Shown in pieces: positions 30,380-43,208 of a stretch of 64,000 nt of DNA; positions within the stretch are counted from its first letter, which is position 1, and each line of letters starts with the position of its first letter. Source of the DNA: Puniceicoccales bacterium (GTDB lineage Bacteria; Verrucomicrobiota; Verrucomicrobiia; Opitutales; LL51). The notes under the pieces are model-generated. The model was not told where the DNA came from. It was given only the letters and a program-made list of their open reading frames with translations, and did no database searches. The DNA lies in the NCBI GenBank assembly GCA_031283585.1, contig JAITBP010000003.1:70845-134844 (forward strand), read 5' to 3'. A program made the position numbers and the translations under genes.

Positions 30380-30392
30380 GTATGGAATTTGA

Positions 30393-31310
30393 CTATAATT
30401 TATCTTCTAGGCTCTTGCCTACGATAATGGATTCTCTTATTTGGTCAGCCAGTGACGCTAGATTTCCCGGGGAACTTGGTACAAATATTACATTGGATTT
30501 AGAAGTGCCGGCGATTTCCTTTAGTGTATCTATGTATTGTATCAGCAATACCGTTTCCATCACATCTTTCTGGGTCAATCCAGGCACCTGTTTTACAAAT
30601 TCTTCGACAGAATCTTTCAGTCCGGCTACTATGGCGTGCCTTTGCCCAGCCAGCCCCTTACCATGCAATATGGAAGATTCGGCTTCGGCTTCGGCTTGCT
30701 TTACCTTTAGTATCTTTTCGGCTTCACCTTTTTCCGAGGCAGCTACCCGGGTTCGTTGGGCTGCATTTATCTCATTCATTGCTGCTTTGACATTGGCTGC
30801 TGGAGCTATATCTGTTACAAGAGCTTTTACTATTTCGTAGCCAAATTCAGCCATCATTTCCGAAAGCTCGACCTTTACGGCATCGGCTATGTCATCTTTT
30901 TTAGCAAACACGTCATCCAGGGATATTTTTGGAACCTGTGCTCTAACTACATCAAATACAAAGGCTTCGATCTGATGTGTAGGGCTCTGCAGCATATAGA
31001 ATGCTTCGTAAATTTTTCTTTCCAGGACACGATACTGGACTGAAACAAGTATATTTATAAAGACATTATCATTGGTTTTTGTTTCCACATTCACGTCAAG
31101 CTGATTTATCCGTAGCGATAGTCTTGCGCGAATGCCGTCGATTATTGGTATTTTGAATTGGAGTCCAGGATAGGCTATGCGGATGAATTTTCCAAACCTT
31201 TCGATTATGGCACAGGTCTGTTGTTCGACTGTGAACAGGGTTGCAGACAGGATCATAAGGATCATAAGAGCCCCAGTAATCATGACCGGTATAATCATTA
31301 TACTTTCCAT
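30393..31310 (-). CDS. SPFH/band 7 (stomatin/prohibitin-like) membrane protein
   Basis: An N-terminal TM is followed by IIERFGKFIRIAYPGLQFKIPIIDGI and a coiled-coil AAQRTRVAASEKGEAEKILKVKQAEAEAE. Confidence 0.85.
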   Translation of the reverse strand: MESIMIIPVMITGALMILMILSATLFTVEQQTCAIIERFGKFIRIAYPGLQFKIPIIDGIRARLSLRINQLDVNVETKTNDNVFINILVSVQYRVLERKIYEAFYMLQSPTHQIEAFVFDVVRAQVPKISLDDVFAKKDDIADAVKVELSEMMAEFGYEIVKALVTDIAPAANVKAAMNEINAAQRTRVAASEKGEAEKILKVKQAEAEAESSILHGKGLAGQRHAIVAGLKDSVEEFVKQVPGLTQKDVMETVLLIQYIDTLKEIAGTSKSNVIFVPSSPGNLASLADQIRESIIVGKSLEDKL

Positions 31311-31340
31311 GGTTTTATCCTAGCTATCTAGCTGACTAAA

Positions 31341-33679
<2,339 letters not shown>

Positions 33680-33693
33680 TCATTGATAATAAT

Positions 33694-35124
33694 TTATGAT
33701 TTGGATAGAATGTGGTTGTTTGCAATGGATACGCCGCTCAGCATGGCTCCAACTATACCAAGGAATCCCTGGTCGGTTCCGCATAGGTACAGGTTTTCAA
33801 TTGGCAGTAATCCGCTGTAGATCTTATTTGGTGAACCATATATTGCTCCATTTTGGTGACCGGTGAACCGTTCGATGGTGAGCGGTGTAAAAAAGTCAAT
33901 ATCTATGATTTTTTTTAGAAATGATTGCCTGTTAAACCCTTCGCGATCTCTGGTTAAAATGCTGATGGCTTTGTCTATCAATGCATTGAACCACCTGGAT
34001 TTATTTTCGCTGTAATCATCGATGGGTGCTGATTTCCAAGCATCATAGCTGGCCAGAGCGGTTACTCGTAGCATGCCTTCGTTGAGTTTCATGCCATTCT
34101 GGTAGTTAAAGTTGTTTGGCATACAAATGACCCCGGAGGATGTATCGGCCATATTTGTTGGAGTCCGATATTCAAAGTGGTTTTTTTCCTCAAAAAAAAT
34201 TATGGTATCATCCCAGCCAAAATCCGACGGTTGGCCGTCAAACATGGCGATCGCCTCGCAAAAAGAAAGTTTTCCAACTATTTTATTATCGTTGGTGTTG
34301 GCCGAGTAACACAGTTTCATTGTCTCCGCATGGCCAATGGTAGAAATTATGTGATTGGCCTCGATAAATCTATCATTATCAATGACTACGCCACTGGCTT
34401 TACCATTGATCGTTTCTATTTTTTTCACGGCGCAACGAAGCTTTTTTTCACCGCCGAGTTCGTTAAATTTTGTTATCAGCAGCTGAAGTATTTTTTTTAT
34501 ACCATCAAAGGGCCTGGCAAACCCCTCGAGAAATATGGAGCGGAACATGATTACAAACTGTCTCCAATCCATATCATTTTCTCTGGCACTGCCATAGTAG
34601 GATGTAGGCAATAGAAGGATATCTTCCAATTCTCGATTATTTAAAATTTCCGAGAGTATGCTGCGAGCCGAAATGTAATCCGAGGTTTCAGCGAAAGGGT
34701 TGTATGCCTTGATCATTTCAACCAATTTTTTGAATCTGTCCATGGCCTGGGGAAATAGGCGTGAGATCTCTGATTCCAACAGAGAAAAATCGTTGTTAAA
34801 TTTAACAACAAGCTGGTTTAGTAGTATTTTTGATGATTTTTGTTCACTCAGCTCCAGGCTGTCGTGCGATATCCTGAGCTGGCGCAACAGCTTTGATAGG
34901 GGCGAGCCGGTAATACCCTTTTTAACAAAATTCGTTATGGCATGCAACCCCACATCTATTCGCCGGCCAAGCCGATTGTAAAAACTATTGAGACCACCAA
35001 TAACATAGTGTTTCTCGAGCAGCAAGACTTTTTGCCCGAACTGGGCCAGCCTTATGCCTGTGGCCAGCCCTGACAATCCAGCGCCTATGATGATCGAATC
35101 GTATTTATCCGAAATAATAGCCAT
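33694..35124 (-). CDS. FAD/NAD(P)-dependent oxidoreductase, phytoene desaturase (CrtI)-like family
   Basis: The N-terminal dinucleotide-binding motif YDSIIIGAGLSGLATGIRLAQFGQKVLLLEKHYVIGG is present. At 476 aa its length is typical of amine-oxidase/CrtI-like proteins. The substrate is unknown. Confidence 0.7.
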   Translation of the reverse strand: MAIISDKYDSIIIGAGLSGLATGIRLAQFGQKVLLLEKHYVIGGLNSFYNRLGRRIDVGLHAITNFVKKGITGSPLSKLLRQLRISHDSLELSEQKSSKILLNQLVVKFNNDFSLLESEISRLFPQAMDRFKKLVEMIKAYNPFAETSDYISARSILSEILNNRELEDILLLPTSYYGSARENDMDWRQFVIMFRSIFLEGFARPFDGIKKILQLLITKFNELGGEKKLRCAVKKIETINGKASGVVIDNDRFIEANHIISTIGHAETMKLCYSANTNDNKIVGKLSFCEAIAMFDGQPSDFGWDDTIIFFEEKNHFEYRTPTNMADTSSGVICMPNNFNYQNGMKLNEGMLRVTALASYDAWKSAPIDDYSENKSRWFNALIDKAISILTRDREGFNRQSFLKKIIDIDFFTPLTIERFTGHQNGAIYGSPNKIYSGLLPIENLYLCGTDQGFLGIVGAMLSGVSIANNHILSKS

Positions 35125-35163
35125 CTTATGAATTATCTAAATTTTCTAGGAAATTTGCAAATA

Positions 35164-36897
35164 TTATTTAGTATATTGCCAATCAATGATTGTGAGCTGT
35201 GGACGATTTGAGTTATTCCAGGTATCCGCGCCAAGCTTGACAAGCATATCGAAGGATCTATTCAGCTCGGGCATATTGTCCGCCATATTCCAAACAATGC
35301 AGCAAATTGGTAGGTTGTTTTCGCCTAGTATGTTGAATTTAAAATGGTTTTTATATAGGCCAAAAATTTCTGGTTTTGTCATAACCACATTCCTTATGCA
35401 AAAAATTGGTTCTTCATTTTTCTGTCCATAGGGTTGTAACTGATCGAGTTCATGAATTAATCCATTGCCCAATTGATTTGGTGTCAACTCACATATTACG
35501 TTTATTGCTGTTTCCGTATCACCCAGTTGGTAAGCTGATATTGCGTTACAAAACCCGGTCCGAAATTGATCTATTTTTTCTACGGCTAGCGATAGGCCAA
35601 TGGCGAATGGATGACCACCCCAGGTTTCTATATTTTTTTGGCATTTTAAAATTATATCCACCAGGTTATATGGTGGGATGCTGCGTCCGGAGCCTTTGGC
35701 CAGACCTCGTTCTTTCCCTAAAATAATGCATGGTCTGTTATAATCACGGCAGAGTCTGCCTGAAACAATGCCTACGACGCCGGAGTGCCAATTTTCATCA
35801 TACAATACAAAGCCCGGGGCATTTGGGTAATTTGTGTCAATTATTTTCGACGCCTGGATGATAATCTCATGTTCTATCTTTTGCCTCTCTTTGTTCATTA
35901 CTTCGAGTGTCGATGCTAACTCTTTGGCCAAGTTTGTGTCATTGGATAACATCAATTCGACGGGCAGTGAAGCATCTGCCAGTCTTCCGCAGACATTTAT
36001 TCGTGGGGCGAGTTTGAATGAAACGTCGGCAGCTCTTAATTTTTCTCTATCATGGATGCCAGATTCATGGCATAGAGCTGCCAGTCCAGGTCTTTTTTTT
36101 GCTGCAAGGCATTCCAGCCCAAATTTTGTAAAAATTCTATTTTCTCCTTCCATTGGAACCATATCGGCAATGGTTCCAAGTGCCACAAGGTCTAGATAAT
36201 CACTGAGTTTTATGTCAAAAGCGATCGCATCATCGGACTCTCGTCGCAGTTTGAGGAAGGCATGCATAAGTTTGAAAATCAGGCCAACGGCGCAGAGGTT
36301 TGGCGATTCCTTGTCATCGTCTGAATTGGAAATATGCGGATTAACAATGACACATCCACCAAAGATTTCTCCATTCGATATATGGTGATCTACCACAAGC
36401 ACATCAATGCCAAGAGATGTTAAATGGCGGATTTGCTTTGCACAGTTTGTTCCGCAGTCGATGGCTACCAGAAGCTTTGGCTGTGATTCGATCAGCACCC
36501 GGTTGACTATTTCGTCTGAAATACCATAGCCTTCCGTGAACCTTCTTGGAATGAAGAACTTTGGGAATAATCCAAACCGGCGCATGATATCTATAAAAAG
36601 TGAAACGCCGGTTATTCCATCCACATCATAGTCTCCTATGATGCTGATCTCGGAATGAGCTCGTATATGTTTATCAAGTACTTCGACGGCACGATCCAGG
36701 TTTTTTATCAGAAATGGATCTGCTATATTCGCTAGTTTTGGAAAAATAAACCGTGCGGCACTGGCTTCGTCGGTAATACCATTGTTGACCATAACCATCG
36801 CCGCAACTTTGCTTACATTAAGTCGTTCTGATATATTTTTTACATAATACTCATCTAGTTCGGCAAACCGCCACGGAATTTTATTTTGATTAACCAA
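35164..36897 (-). CDS. recJ: Single-stranded-DNA-specific exonuclease RecJ
   Basis: It carries the DHH family motifs IIGDYDVDGITG, AIDCGT and VVDHH, plus the DHHA1 region GGHPFAIG. Confidence 0.9.
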   Translation of the reverse strand: MVNQNKIPWRFAELDEYYVKNISERLNVSKVAAMVMVNNGITDEASAARFIFPKLANIADPFLIKNLDRAVEVLDKHIRAHSEISIIGDYDVDGITGVSLFIDIMRRFGLFPKFFIPRRFTEGYGISDEIVNRVLIESQPKLLVAIDCGTNCAKQIRHLTSLGIDVLVVDHHISNGEIFGGCVIVNPHISNSDDDKESPNLCAVGLIFKLMHAFLKLRRESDDAIAFDIKLSDYLDLVALGTIADMVPMEGENRIFTKFGLECLAAKKRPGLAALCHESGIHDREKLRAADVSFKLAPRINVCGRLADASLPVELMLSNDTNLAKELASTLEVMNKERQKIEHEIIIQASKIIDTNYPNAPGFVLYDENWHSGVVGIVSGRLCRDYNRPCIILGKERGLAKGSGRSIPPYNLVDIILKCQKNIETWGGHPFAIGLSLAVEKIDQFRTGFCNAISAYQLGDTETAINVICELTPNQLGNGLIHELDQLQPYGQKNEEPIFCIRNVVMTKPEIFGLYKNHFKFNILGENNLPICCIVWNMADNMPELNRSFDMLVKLGADTWNNSNRPQLTIIDWQYTK

Positions 36898-36914
36898 ATT
36901 GAATTAAATTTAGG

Positions 36915-39425
36915 TTATAATTCCTTGGTTAAGGAATTTTTTAATAACTTTTCACCAACATCCATGCTTTTGCGATTACCATTGTGCCATAGGAATAGTA
37001 TTTGTGATGCTACAAAAATGGATGAAAATGTGCCGGTTGTGATCCCTATCATGAACATAAGTGCTATATTTTGTACCACACCGGTGCCAAACCAAAACAA
37101 CGCAAAGGCTGAGAAAAATGTGGTAAGACTGGTTAAGATTGTCCGCGATAGCGTTTTGTTGATGGATAAATTTATTACATTGCGCAGAGATAGCGCTGGG
37201 TTCAGATTCAACTCTTCGCGGATTCTATCGAATATAACAATGGTATCGTTGATTGAATACCCGATGATCATTAGGATCGCAGCTATCATTGGAGAAGAAA
37301 ACTGTTTACCGAAAATGATGTATACTCCTATGGTTGATAAAATGTCATAGATTGTTGATACCAAAGCGCCTATGCCAAAGCCAACTTCAAATCTGAATGC
37401 TATATATAGCACAATGCCGATCAATGCTACGATAATTGCCAGTAGGGCATTGAATCTTAGGCTGCTGCTAACCGATGCGCCGATACTATCTCTTTTAATA
37501 ATAGAGATGTTTGCATCTGGGTATTCGGTCCTCAGTGCCGAGATCAATGCTTCGCCCCTGCCTTCTTCGGTTTGCAATTTGAGAATTTCTGAGTGCCCAC
37601 CAAGGGATTTTTGATATAAAGAGTAGACTTCTTTTAAGCCAATTTGCTTGGCCGTATATTCTATATCCTGCAGGGCAATTTTTTTGTCAAAGGAAATGCT
37701 AATTTCGTCTCCGCCGGAGAAATCCATGCCATAGATATGCTTACCTCTATAGGCTGCGGTGGACAGACCAGCAATGATTATAACACCGCACAGAATGGCT
37801 GCCAATTTTCTATATTTCATGAAATCCAGATGTGTTTCGTTGAAAAGCGATTTTGGTAACAATTTTTTCCAACCAAGCGAGATAAGTGCTTCGGCTATAA
37901 CACGGCTTAAAACCAGAGCACAGAACAGCGTTGCGAAAATTCCTATGGATAGAATTATTCCAAACCCACGAACCGGTCCGGTGCCTAGCCAAATTAGTAT
38001 TAAGGCCACAAGAAGGGTGGTTATATTGGCGTCGAATATGGTCGAAAATGCTCTATTATATCCGTAGGCCAGTGCTGATTTGATGGTTTTCCCCAGCTTT
38101 AATTCTTCTCTAATTCGTTCTAATATAAGAATATTTGCGTCAATGCCCATGCCTATGTTTAGTACCAGTGCTGCAATGCCAGGCAGAGTAATTGTTGATT
38201 TGATTAGGGCCATGATTGCCAGGGTGATCAGTGTATTGATCAGCACGGCGATGATTGCTATTAGGCCAGATGTTCTGTAGTAGGCTACCATGAATAGTAC
38301 CACAAAAGAGACTCCTGCGATAGAAGCATTTATGGAACTTATTCTGGCATCTTCTGCTAGAGAAGGCCCTATTTCGTTAACCTCTATGAGCTTTAATGCA
38401 AACTCGAGCGGATTGTTTAGCACATTTGCCAGTTCGATGGCATCGCGCTGGGAGAATGAACCAGAAATGCTTGCTCGACCTTCATCGATTTCACTTCTAA
38501 TTACTGGTGCTGAACAAAGTTTGCCATCAAGTACAATCGCCAGAGGTCTATTTATATTATTCCTGGTTATGGTTGCGAATTTTTTCGCACCTTCATCGGT
38601 CATGGCGATACTTACTTCGTAGCCACCGAATTGGTTAATAACTGGTATGGCAGACTTTATGAATTTCCCGGTCATCTCGGGAATTCGCTTAACATACATC
38701 GGAATGCTTATCATTTTTCCGGTGTTTTTGTCTTCGTATTCTTCCACAAGCAGTTCATAGCCAGGAGGAACGTCGCTGTCGGTGACAGATTTTGGTTCCA
38801 AATCAGGATGAACTAACCTAAATTCCAGTTTCGCTGGCTTTTTGATAGCATCGATTATCTCCGGATTGTCCTGGGTTGATAGGCCAGGTAATTGTATTTC
38901 AATCTGGTTGATTCCCCGGGTGCGAATAATTGGCTCTGCCACCCCGAGGCCATCCAAGCGCTTACTCATTATCTGGATGGTTTTATCAAGATTAATAAAA
39001 GAATCTTCGGTTTTTTTGGCTTTTATTTCGTCGGAAATTTCCAGGGTGAACGAGATGCCACCTTGCAGATCCAAGCCTTTACGTAGCTTGCTATGGGTTT
39101 CGTTTAAAATCGCGCCCAATATTATGGAATTTTTCTTTTCCAAATTTTTGACATCGGCTATGTTGAGGTCACTGAAGTATTGTGACAAATCCAAATGCTT
39201 TTCCTTTGCCACCTCTTTTATTGCGACAAACAGGCTCGGCGTCTGTTTATTGTCGACAATATCTCGAGCTTCTTTTAGCACCTCCAGAAATTCCTCTTTA
39301 TTGGATGTGGCGCGATGCTGGATGTAATCGTTGAACACTCGATCGTTGATTGGTATCAAACATATAAATGACACCAACACAATCGTTATACATAACGCTA
39401 ACCTTGAAAATATATCCCTAGCCAT
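36915..39425 (-). CDS. secDF: Protein translocase subunit SecDF (fused)
   Basis: It is an 836-aa polytopic protein with two SecD/SecF-type 6-TM modules (GLDLQGG, FDANITTL, IVIFDRIRE). Confidence 0.9.
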   Translation of the reverse strand: MARDIFSRLALCITIVLVSFICLIPINDRVFNDYIQHRATSNKEEFLEVLKEARDIVDNKQTPSLFVAIKEVAKEKHLDLSQYFSDLNIADVKNLEKKNSIILGAILNETHSKLRKGLDLQGGISFTLEISDEIKAKKTEDSFINLDKTIQIMSKRLDGLGVAEPIIRTRGINQIEIQLPGLSTQDNPEIIDAIKKPAKLEFRLVHPDLEPKSVTDSDVPPGYELLVEEYEDKNTGKMISIPMYVKRIPEMTGKFIKSAIPVINQFGGYEVSIAMTDEGAKKFATITRNNINRPLAIVLDGKLCSAPVIRSEIDEGRASISGSFSQRDAIELANVLNNPLEFALKLIEVNEIGPSLAEDARISSINASIAGVSFVVLFMVAYYRTSGLIAIIAVLINTLITLAIMALIKSTITLPGIAALVLNIGMGIDANILILERIREELKLGKTIKSALAYGYNRAFSTIFDANITTLLVALILIWLGTGPVRGFGIILSIGIFATLFCALVLSRVIAEALISLGWKKLLPKSLFNETHLDFMKYRKLAAILCGVIIIAGLSTAAYRGKHIYGMDFSGGDEISISFDKKIALQDIEYTAKQIGLKEVYSLYQKSLGGHSEILKLQTEEGRGEALISALRTEYPDANISIIKRDSIGASVSSSLRFNALLAIIVALIGIVLYIAFRFEVGFGIGALVSTIYDILSTIGVYIIFGKQFSSPMIAAILMIIGYSINDTIVIFDRIREELNLNPALSLRNVINLSINKTLSRTILTSLTTFFSAFALFWFGTGVVQNIALMFMIGITTGTFSSIFVASQILFLWHNGNRKSMDVGEKLLKNSLTKEL

Positions 39426-39464
39426 AATTACAGAAATAACAATATGTGAACCATTTGATTTATG

Positions 39465-39761
39465 TTAATCTAATTTTGCATGTACAAATGATCTATGCAA
39501 CTCCACATGAACACCATTTGATATTTCCACCACAAATATGCTGTCTTTTACATCTATAATTTTGGCAAATATTCCGGAGGTGGTCAATATGCGGTCATTT
39601 TTTTTGAGAGCCTTGATCATTTCATCATGGCGCTTCTGCTTTTTCCTTTGTGGTGCTATCAATATGAACCATAGGCCAATAAAAAACAAGGCATAGGCTA
39701 GTAAAGGAATACCTATACCTGGTGTTTGTGACTGTACAATTTGATCAGATTCAACACTCAT
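39465..39761 (-). CDS. yajC: Preprotein translocase subunit YajC
   Basis: It has a single TM, PQRKKQKRHDEMIKALKKNDRILTTSGIFAKI, and sits upstream of secDF as is usual. Confidence 0.8.
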   Translation of the reverse strand: MSVESDQIVQSQTPGIGIPLLAYALFFIGLWFILIAPQRKKQKRHDEMIKALKKNDRILTTSGIFAKIIDVKDSIFVVEISNGVHVELHRSFVHAKLD

Positions 39762-39819
39762 ACGCGGTTTAATTGTACCTGATCAATAAAATTTGTTAAA
39801 CAACTGCAAGATTCTTTTC

Positions 39820-40740
39820 CTATAAGCTTAATTTCTGTCGTGGATTTAGCCAAACCTGAACCACATCTGCCAATGTGTTGAATAGAATAATCAGTAGGGC
39901 ATAGAAGTTTACAATACCTAGGATCAGGGTATCATCCCGGTTAGAAATCGCATTGATAAACAACCTGCCGATGCCAGGAATATTGAATACGGTTTCGATG
40001 ACTATGGCTCCACTGATAAGACTAGCAAAGGCCGGGCCTAGGAACGCAATGACTGGTTGTAGTCCGTTGCGTAGTACATGGATAAAAAAAATTCTTAGTT
40101 TTGAAAGACCCTTGGCTCTGGCTGTGATAACATAGGGCCTGTTCATAGCTGCCAGTATACTGTCCTTTGATAATTTGCTTATATAGGCTGTATAAATCGT
40201 GCCCAGTGTCACTGATGGTAGAAACTTGTTGCTAAAATCAGACCAGCCAGAAACCGAAAACATATGAAGTTTTATGGCAAAAATATATGCTAAAATTGGG
40301 CCCAGCACAAATGTGGGTAGGCATACGCATAGGCTCGATAGGGATGAGAAAAAAATATCGATTTTTGTATAACTGTATATGGCTGAGATAGATCCAAATA
40401 AAATCCCAAATGTGGTTGCTATTAACAGTCCATAGCATGCTAATTCGAAACTTATGGGTGCCTTGGTCATCACCAATTCGGTCACATCCCAATCGGTGTA
40501 CTTATAGGATGGCCCGAAGTTACCATGTAGCATGTTATTTACATAGTTGAAGTACTGAACTATCAATGGCTTATCAAATCCATAATAGCTGTTCAAAGCT
40601 ACTTTTACCTCGCTGGGAACCTCCCGTTCCATGTCAAAAGGTCCGCCCGGTATGATTCTGACAATAAAGAAAGTTATGGTTATTACCGTTAAAATCACAG
40701 GTATCGCATACAATGTTCGGCGTATTAAAAATTTAAACAT
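39820..40740 (-). CDS. ABC transporter permease, peptide/nickel type (OppB/DppB-like)
   Basis: It has MFKFLIRRTLYAIPVILTVITITFFIVRIIPGGPF and the EAA-loop region YVITARAKGLSKLRIFFIHVLRN. Confidence 0.85.
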   Translation of the reverse strand: MFKFLIRRTLYAIPVILTVITITFFIVRIIPGGPFDMEREVPSEVKVALNSYYGFDKPLIVQYFNYVNNMLHGNFGPSYKYTDWDVTELVMTKAPISFELACYGLLIATTFGILFGSISAIYSYTKIDIFFSSLSSLCVCLPTFVLGPILAYIFAIKLHMFSVSGWSDFSNKFLPSVTLGTIYTAYISKLSKDSILAAMNRPYVITARAKGLSKLRIFFIHVLRNGLQPVIAFLGPAFASLISGAIVIETVFNIPGIGRLFINAISNRDDTLILGIVNFYALLIILFNTLADVVQVWLNPRQKLSL

Positions 40741-40752
40741 GACAGGCAGGCA

Positions 40753-41715
40753 TTATATAAAGGTTTTATTGTAATAACGAGCACGCAGACCAGCAATCCA
40801 TTTATTATAAAGCTCTTCACTGAGTTTTTTGGAAATTTTTTTCTCTATATCATCGGATGCTTCCTGGAGAGTCAGTTGATGGGCTTCAGATATCCATTTG
40901 TTGACAATTATCATAATGTAATGTCCTTTGATTTTTATTGGCTTCGATGCCATGCCCTCCTGTAATAAGCCGACCTCTTGACGTAGTTCGTCGATGACAT
41001 CGGCTAGGGAAATTTTCCCAAGTGGAGTTACTGATATGTCGCAGCTATTGTGATATTTTTTTACTATTTCATTTAGATTTTCATTTTTTGAGAATTTTTT
41101 GTAAATATCATCTATGGTGGCATCGATATCCTGACAACCATTATGAGGGAAAATCGCTACCTGAGATATGTCTATTTCCGCATCTTTATAAAAATCATTA
41201 TAATGTGCATCGTAGAATTCTTTTATCTGTAGTGGGCTTACTTCAAAGTGTTGACCAATCCTTTGCTTAAGCATAAAGCTCGATATGGCATTTTTTTGTA
41301 TATCATCTTTGAATGCTTTGGCTGATTGACCGGTCATATGAAGATATTCGGAGAATATCACCCGGTTACCTCCAAAATCTTCGTTGAGGATTTGTATAAA
41401 TCTCTTATCCTTAAAGTGTTCTGGTGCTTTGCCCTTCATCCTTTCGAATTCTTTATTCATCAATTCCATGTCTATATTATGCTGAAGTATTTTTCGACCG
41501 AGTTTGTCCAGCATATCTGGATTGTTATTGTATCTACCGTTGGTTTCCTCCGACAGTTGTACTCCAATTTGATGGGATGTGATTGCCCTATCATTGGCTA
41601 CGGCTGCTATCTGATTCATGTATAGTATAGTTGGGTCCTGAGGCGTTGTTGTAGCCGAAGCAAGTACGAAACAGCCCATAAATATTGAGGCAAGTGAACA
41701 GAAAAATGATTTCAT
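40753..41715 (-). CDS. SurA/PrsA-like periplasmic chaperone with a degenerate parvulin-like segment
   Basis: It has a signal peptide and a SurA-N-like region (IAAVANDRAITSHQI). A C-terminal ...GMASKPIKIKGHYIMIIV resembles the parvulin S.P....GYHII motif. Confidence 0.5.
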   Translation of the reverse strand: MKSFFCSLASIFMGCFVLASATTTPQDPTILYMNQIAAVANDRAITSHQIGVQLSEETNGRYNNNPDMLDKLGRKILQHNIDMELMNKEFERMKGKAPEHFKDKRFIQILNEDFGGNRVIFSEYLHMTGQSAKAFKDDIQKNAISSFMLKQRIGQHFEVSPLQIKEFYDAHYNDFYKDAEIDISQVAIFPHNGCQDIDATIDDIYKKFSKNENLNEIVKKYHNSCDISVTPLGKISLADVIDELRQEVGLLQEGMASKPIKIKGHYIMIIVNKWISEAHQLTLQEASDDIEKKISKKLSEELYNKWIAGLRARYYNKTFI

Positions 41716-41813
41716 AATATTAGAGTAATTTTTATTATTTATAATATATTAAAAAAGAAAGACAAAATTAACCCACCGGGTATGATATCCAAAATTCATG
41801 GCTGTTTATCATG

Positions 41814-43208
41814 TTAGCCGAGAATTTCCACAAATTTTTTCGGTATGTTACCAAAATTTCCATTGGATAGGAAAGCCACAACGGTAGCTTCGGTAAATTT
41901 CATTTCTGTCAGGGCCGACAAAATTTCTTCATTGTTCAGTGCCCTGGCACTTATACCAGTTTTGTTTAAATCTTCGGAGAGCCTGGCGGTATCAAGAGTG
42001 GTTTCTCTGGATTTAAATACATTTGCTATGAACACATGGTCGGATTCATCGAATGCACCGATGAACTCGTTCTGAAATACGTTGGAGCAAGCGGTGTTAC
42101 TTCTTGGTTCAAAACAAGTTATAATCCTATGGCCGGGGTATTTTTGTCTGAGACTTTCCAGGGTTACTTTTATGGCAGTTGGATGGTGTGCGAAGTCGTC
42201 AATTACGGTTAATTTTTCGTTAGAGACCAACACTTCTTGGCGTTTTTTTATGCCTTTGAAATCCGGTAGCCATCTGATGTCAGTTCCAAGGGGGTCACCG
42301 GAAATGGCCAAGCCCGATGCGATGATTGACATCATGGTATTGCGAGCATTGTACTTACCAAATAAACTCGATGCTATCTGCATTTTTCTGCCAGATTTTT
42401 TTTCAACAATTTCGAAGGTGGTAAACGAGTCGTTGACCACAAAATTCCTCAGCAGGTAGTCATTATCGTCATTTTCACCAACAAATATGGATTTCGTCCA
42501 GTTTACTGGAAGAATGGACCTGATATTTGGGTCATCACCATTGGCGACGATGCAACCATTTGATGGAACAACTCGTACAAGATAGCTGAAGGATTTTTTG
42601 ATATCCTGGATGTCGCGAAAAATATCACCGTGGTCGAACTCTATATTTCCAATCACAAGTATATCCGGCGCATAGTGTATAAACTTGCTTCTTTTGTCAA
42701 AAAATGCCGAATCATACTCATCACCTTCTATTATAAATGGACCATTTTCATCACCAATATGGCTTCCGGATGAGAAATCCAATGGCACTCCACCTATCAT
42801 ATATCCTGGATTTAGACCATTTTTTTCCAGTATGAATGAGGTCAAGGTTGTTGTGGTTGTCTTTCCATGGGTACCAGTTATGACGATGCTTAGTCGTTTT
42901 TTTATTATTTCCCTATGAATAAATTCAGGTAAGGAACAATAGGGTATTTTTTTTGTAGACAGTAACCATTCCACTTCCTCATTTCCTCTGGGTATGGCAT
43001 TCCCTACAATGACCACATCGGGGTTCAGGTACTCAATTCTAGCGGCAGAGAAGGAATCATATATTTCGAGATTATTTGCTTCTAACAGTCCGGCCATTGG
43101 CTGATATGGCTTTGAATCAGAACCACATACGCCATGACCAAGTTTACTTAACATAATCGCCACATTTCCCATGGCCGTCCCACAGATTCCTATAAAATAA
43201 ATTTTCAT
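41814..43208 (-). CDS. mpl: UDP-N-acetylmuramate:L-alanyl-gamma-D-glutamyl-meso-DAP ligase (murein peptide ligase)
   Basis: The N-terminus MKIYFIGICGTAMGNVAIMLSKLGHGVCGSDSKPYQPM parallels E. coli Mpl (MRIHILGICGTFMGGLA...GSDANVYPPM). The Mur ligase P-loop ITGTHGKTTTT is present. Confidence 0.85.
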   Translation of the reverse strand: MKIYFIGICGTAMGNVAIMLSKLGHGVCGSDSKPYQPMAGLLEANNLEIYDSFSAARIEYLNPDVVIVGNAIPRGNEEVEWLLSTKKIPYCSLPEFIHREIIKKRLSIVITGTHGKTTTTTLTSFILEKNGLNPGYMIGGVPLDFSSGSHIGDENGPFIIEGDEYDSAFFDKRSKFIHYAPDILVIGNIEFDHGDIFRDIQDIKKSFSYLVRVVPSNGCIVANGDDPNIRSILPVNWTKSIFVGENDDNDYLLRNFVVNDSFTTFEIVEKKSGRKMQIASSLFGKYNARNTMMSIIASGLAISGDPLGTDIRWLPDFKGIKKRQEVLVSNEKLTVIDDFAHHPTAIKVTLESLRQKYPGHRIITCFEPRSNTACSNVFQNEFIGAFDESDHVFIANVFKSRETTLDTARLSEDLNKTGISARALNNEEILSALTEMKFTEATVVAFLSNGNFGNIPKKFVEILG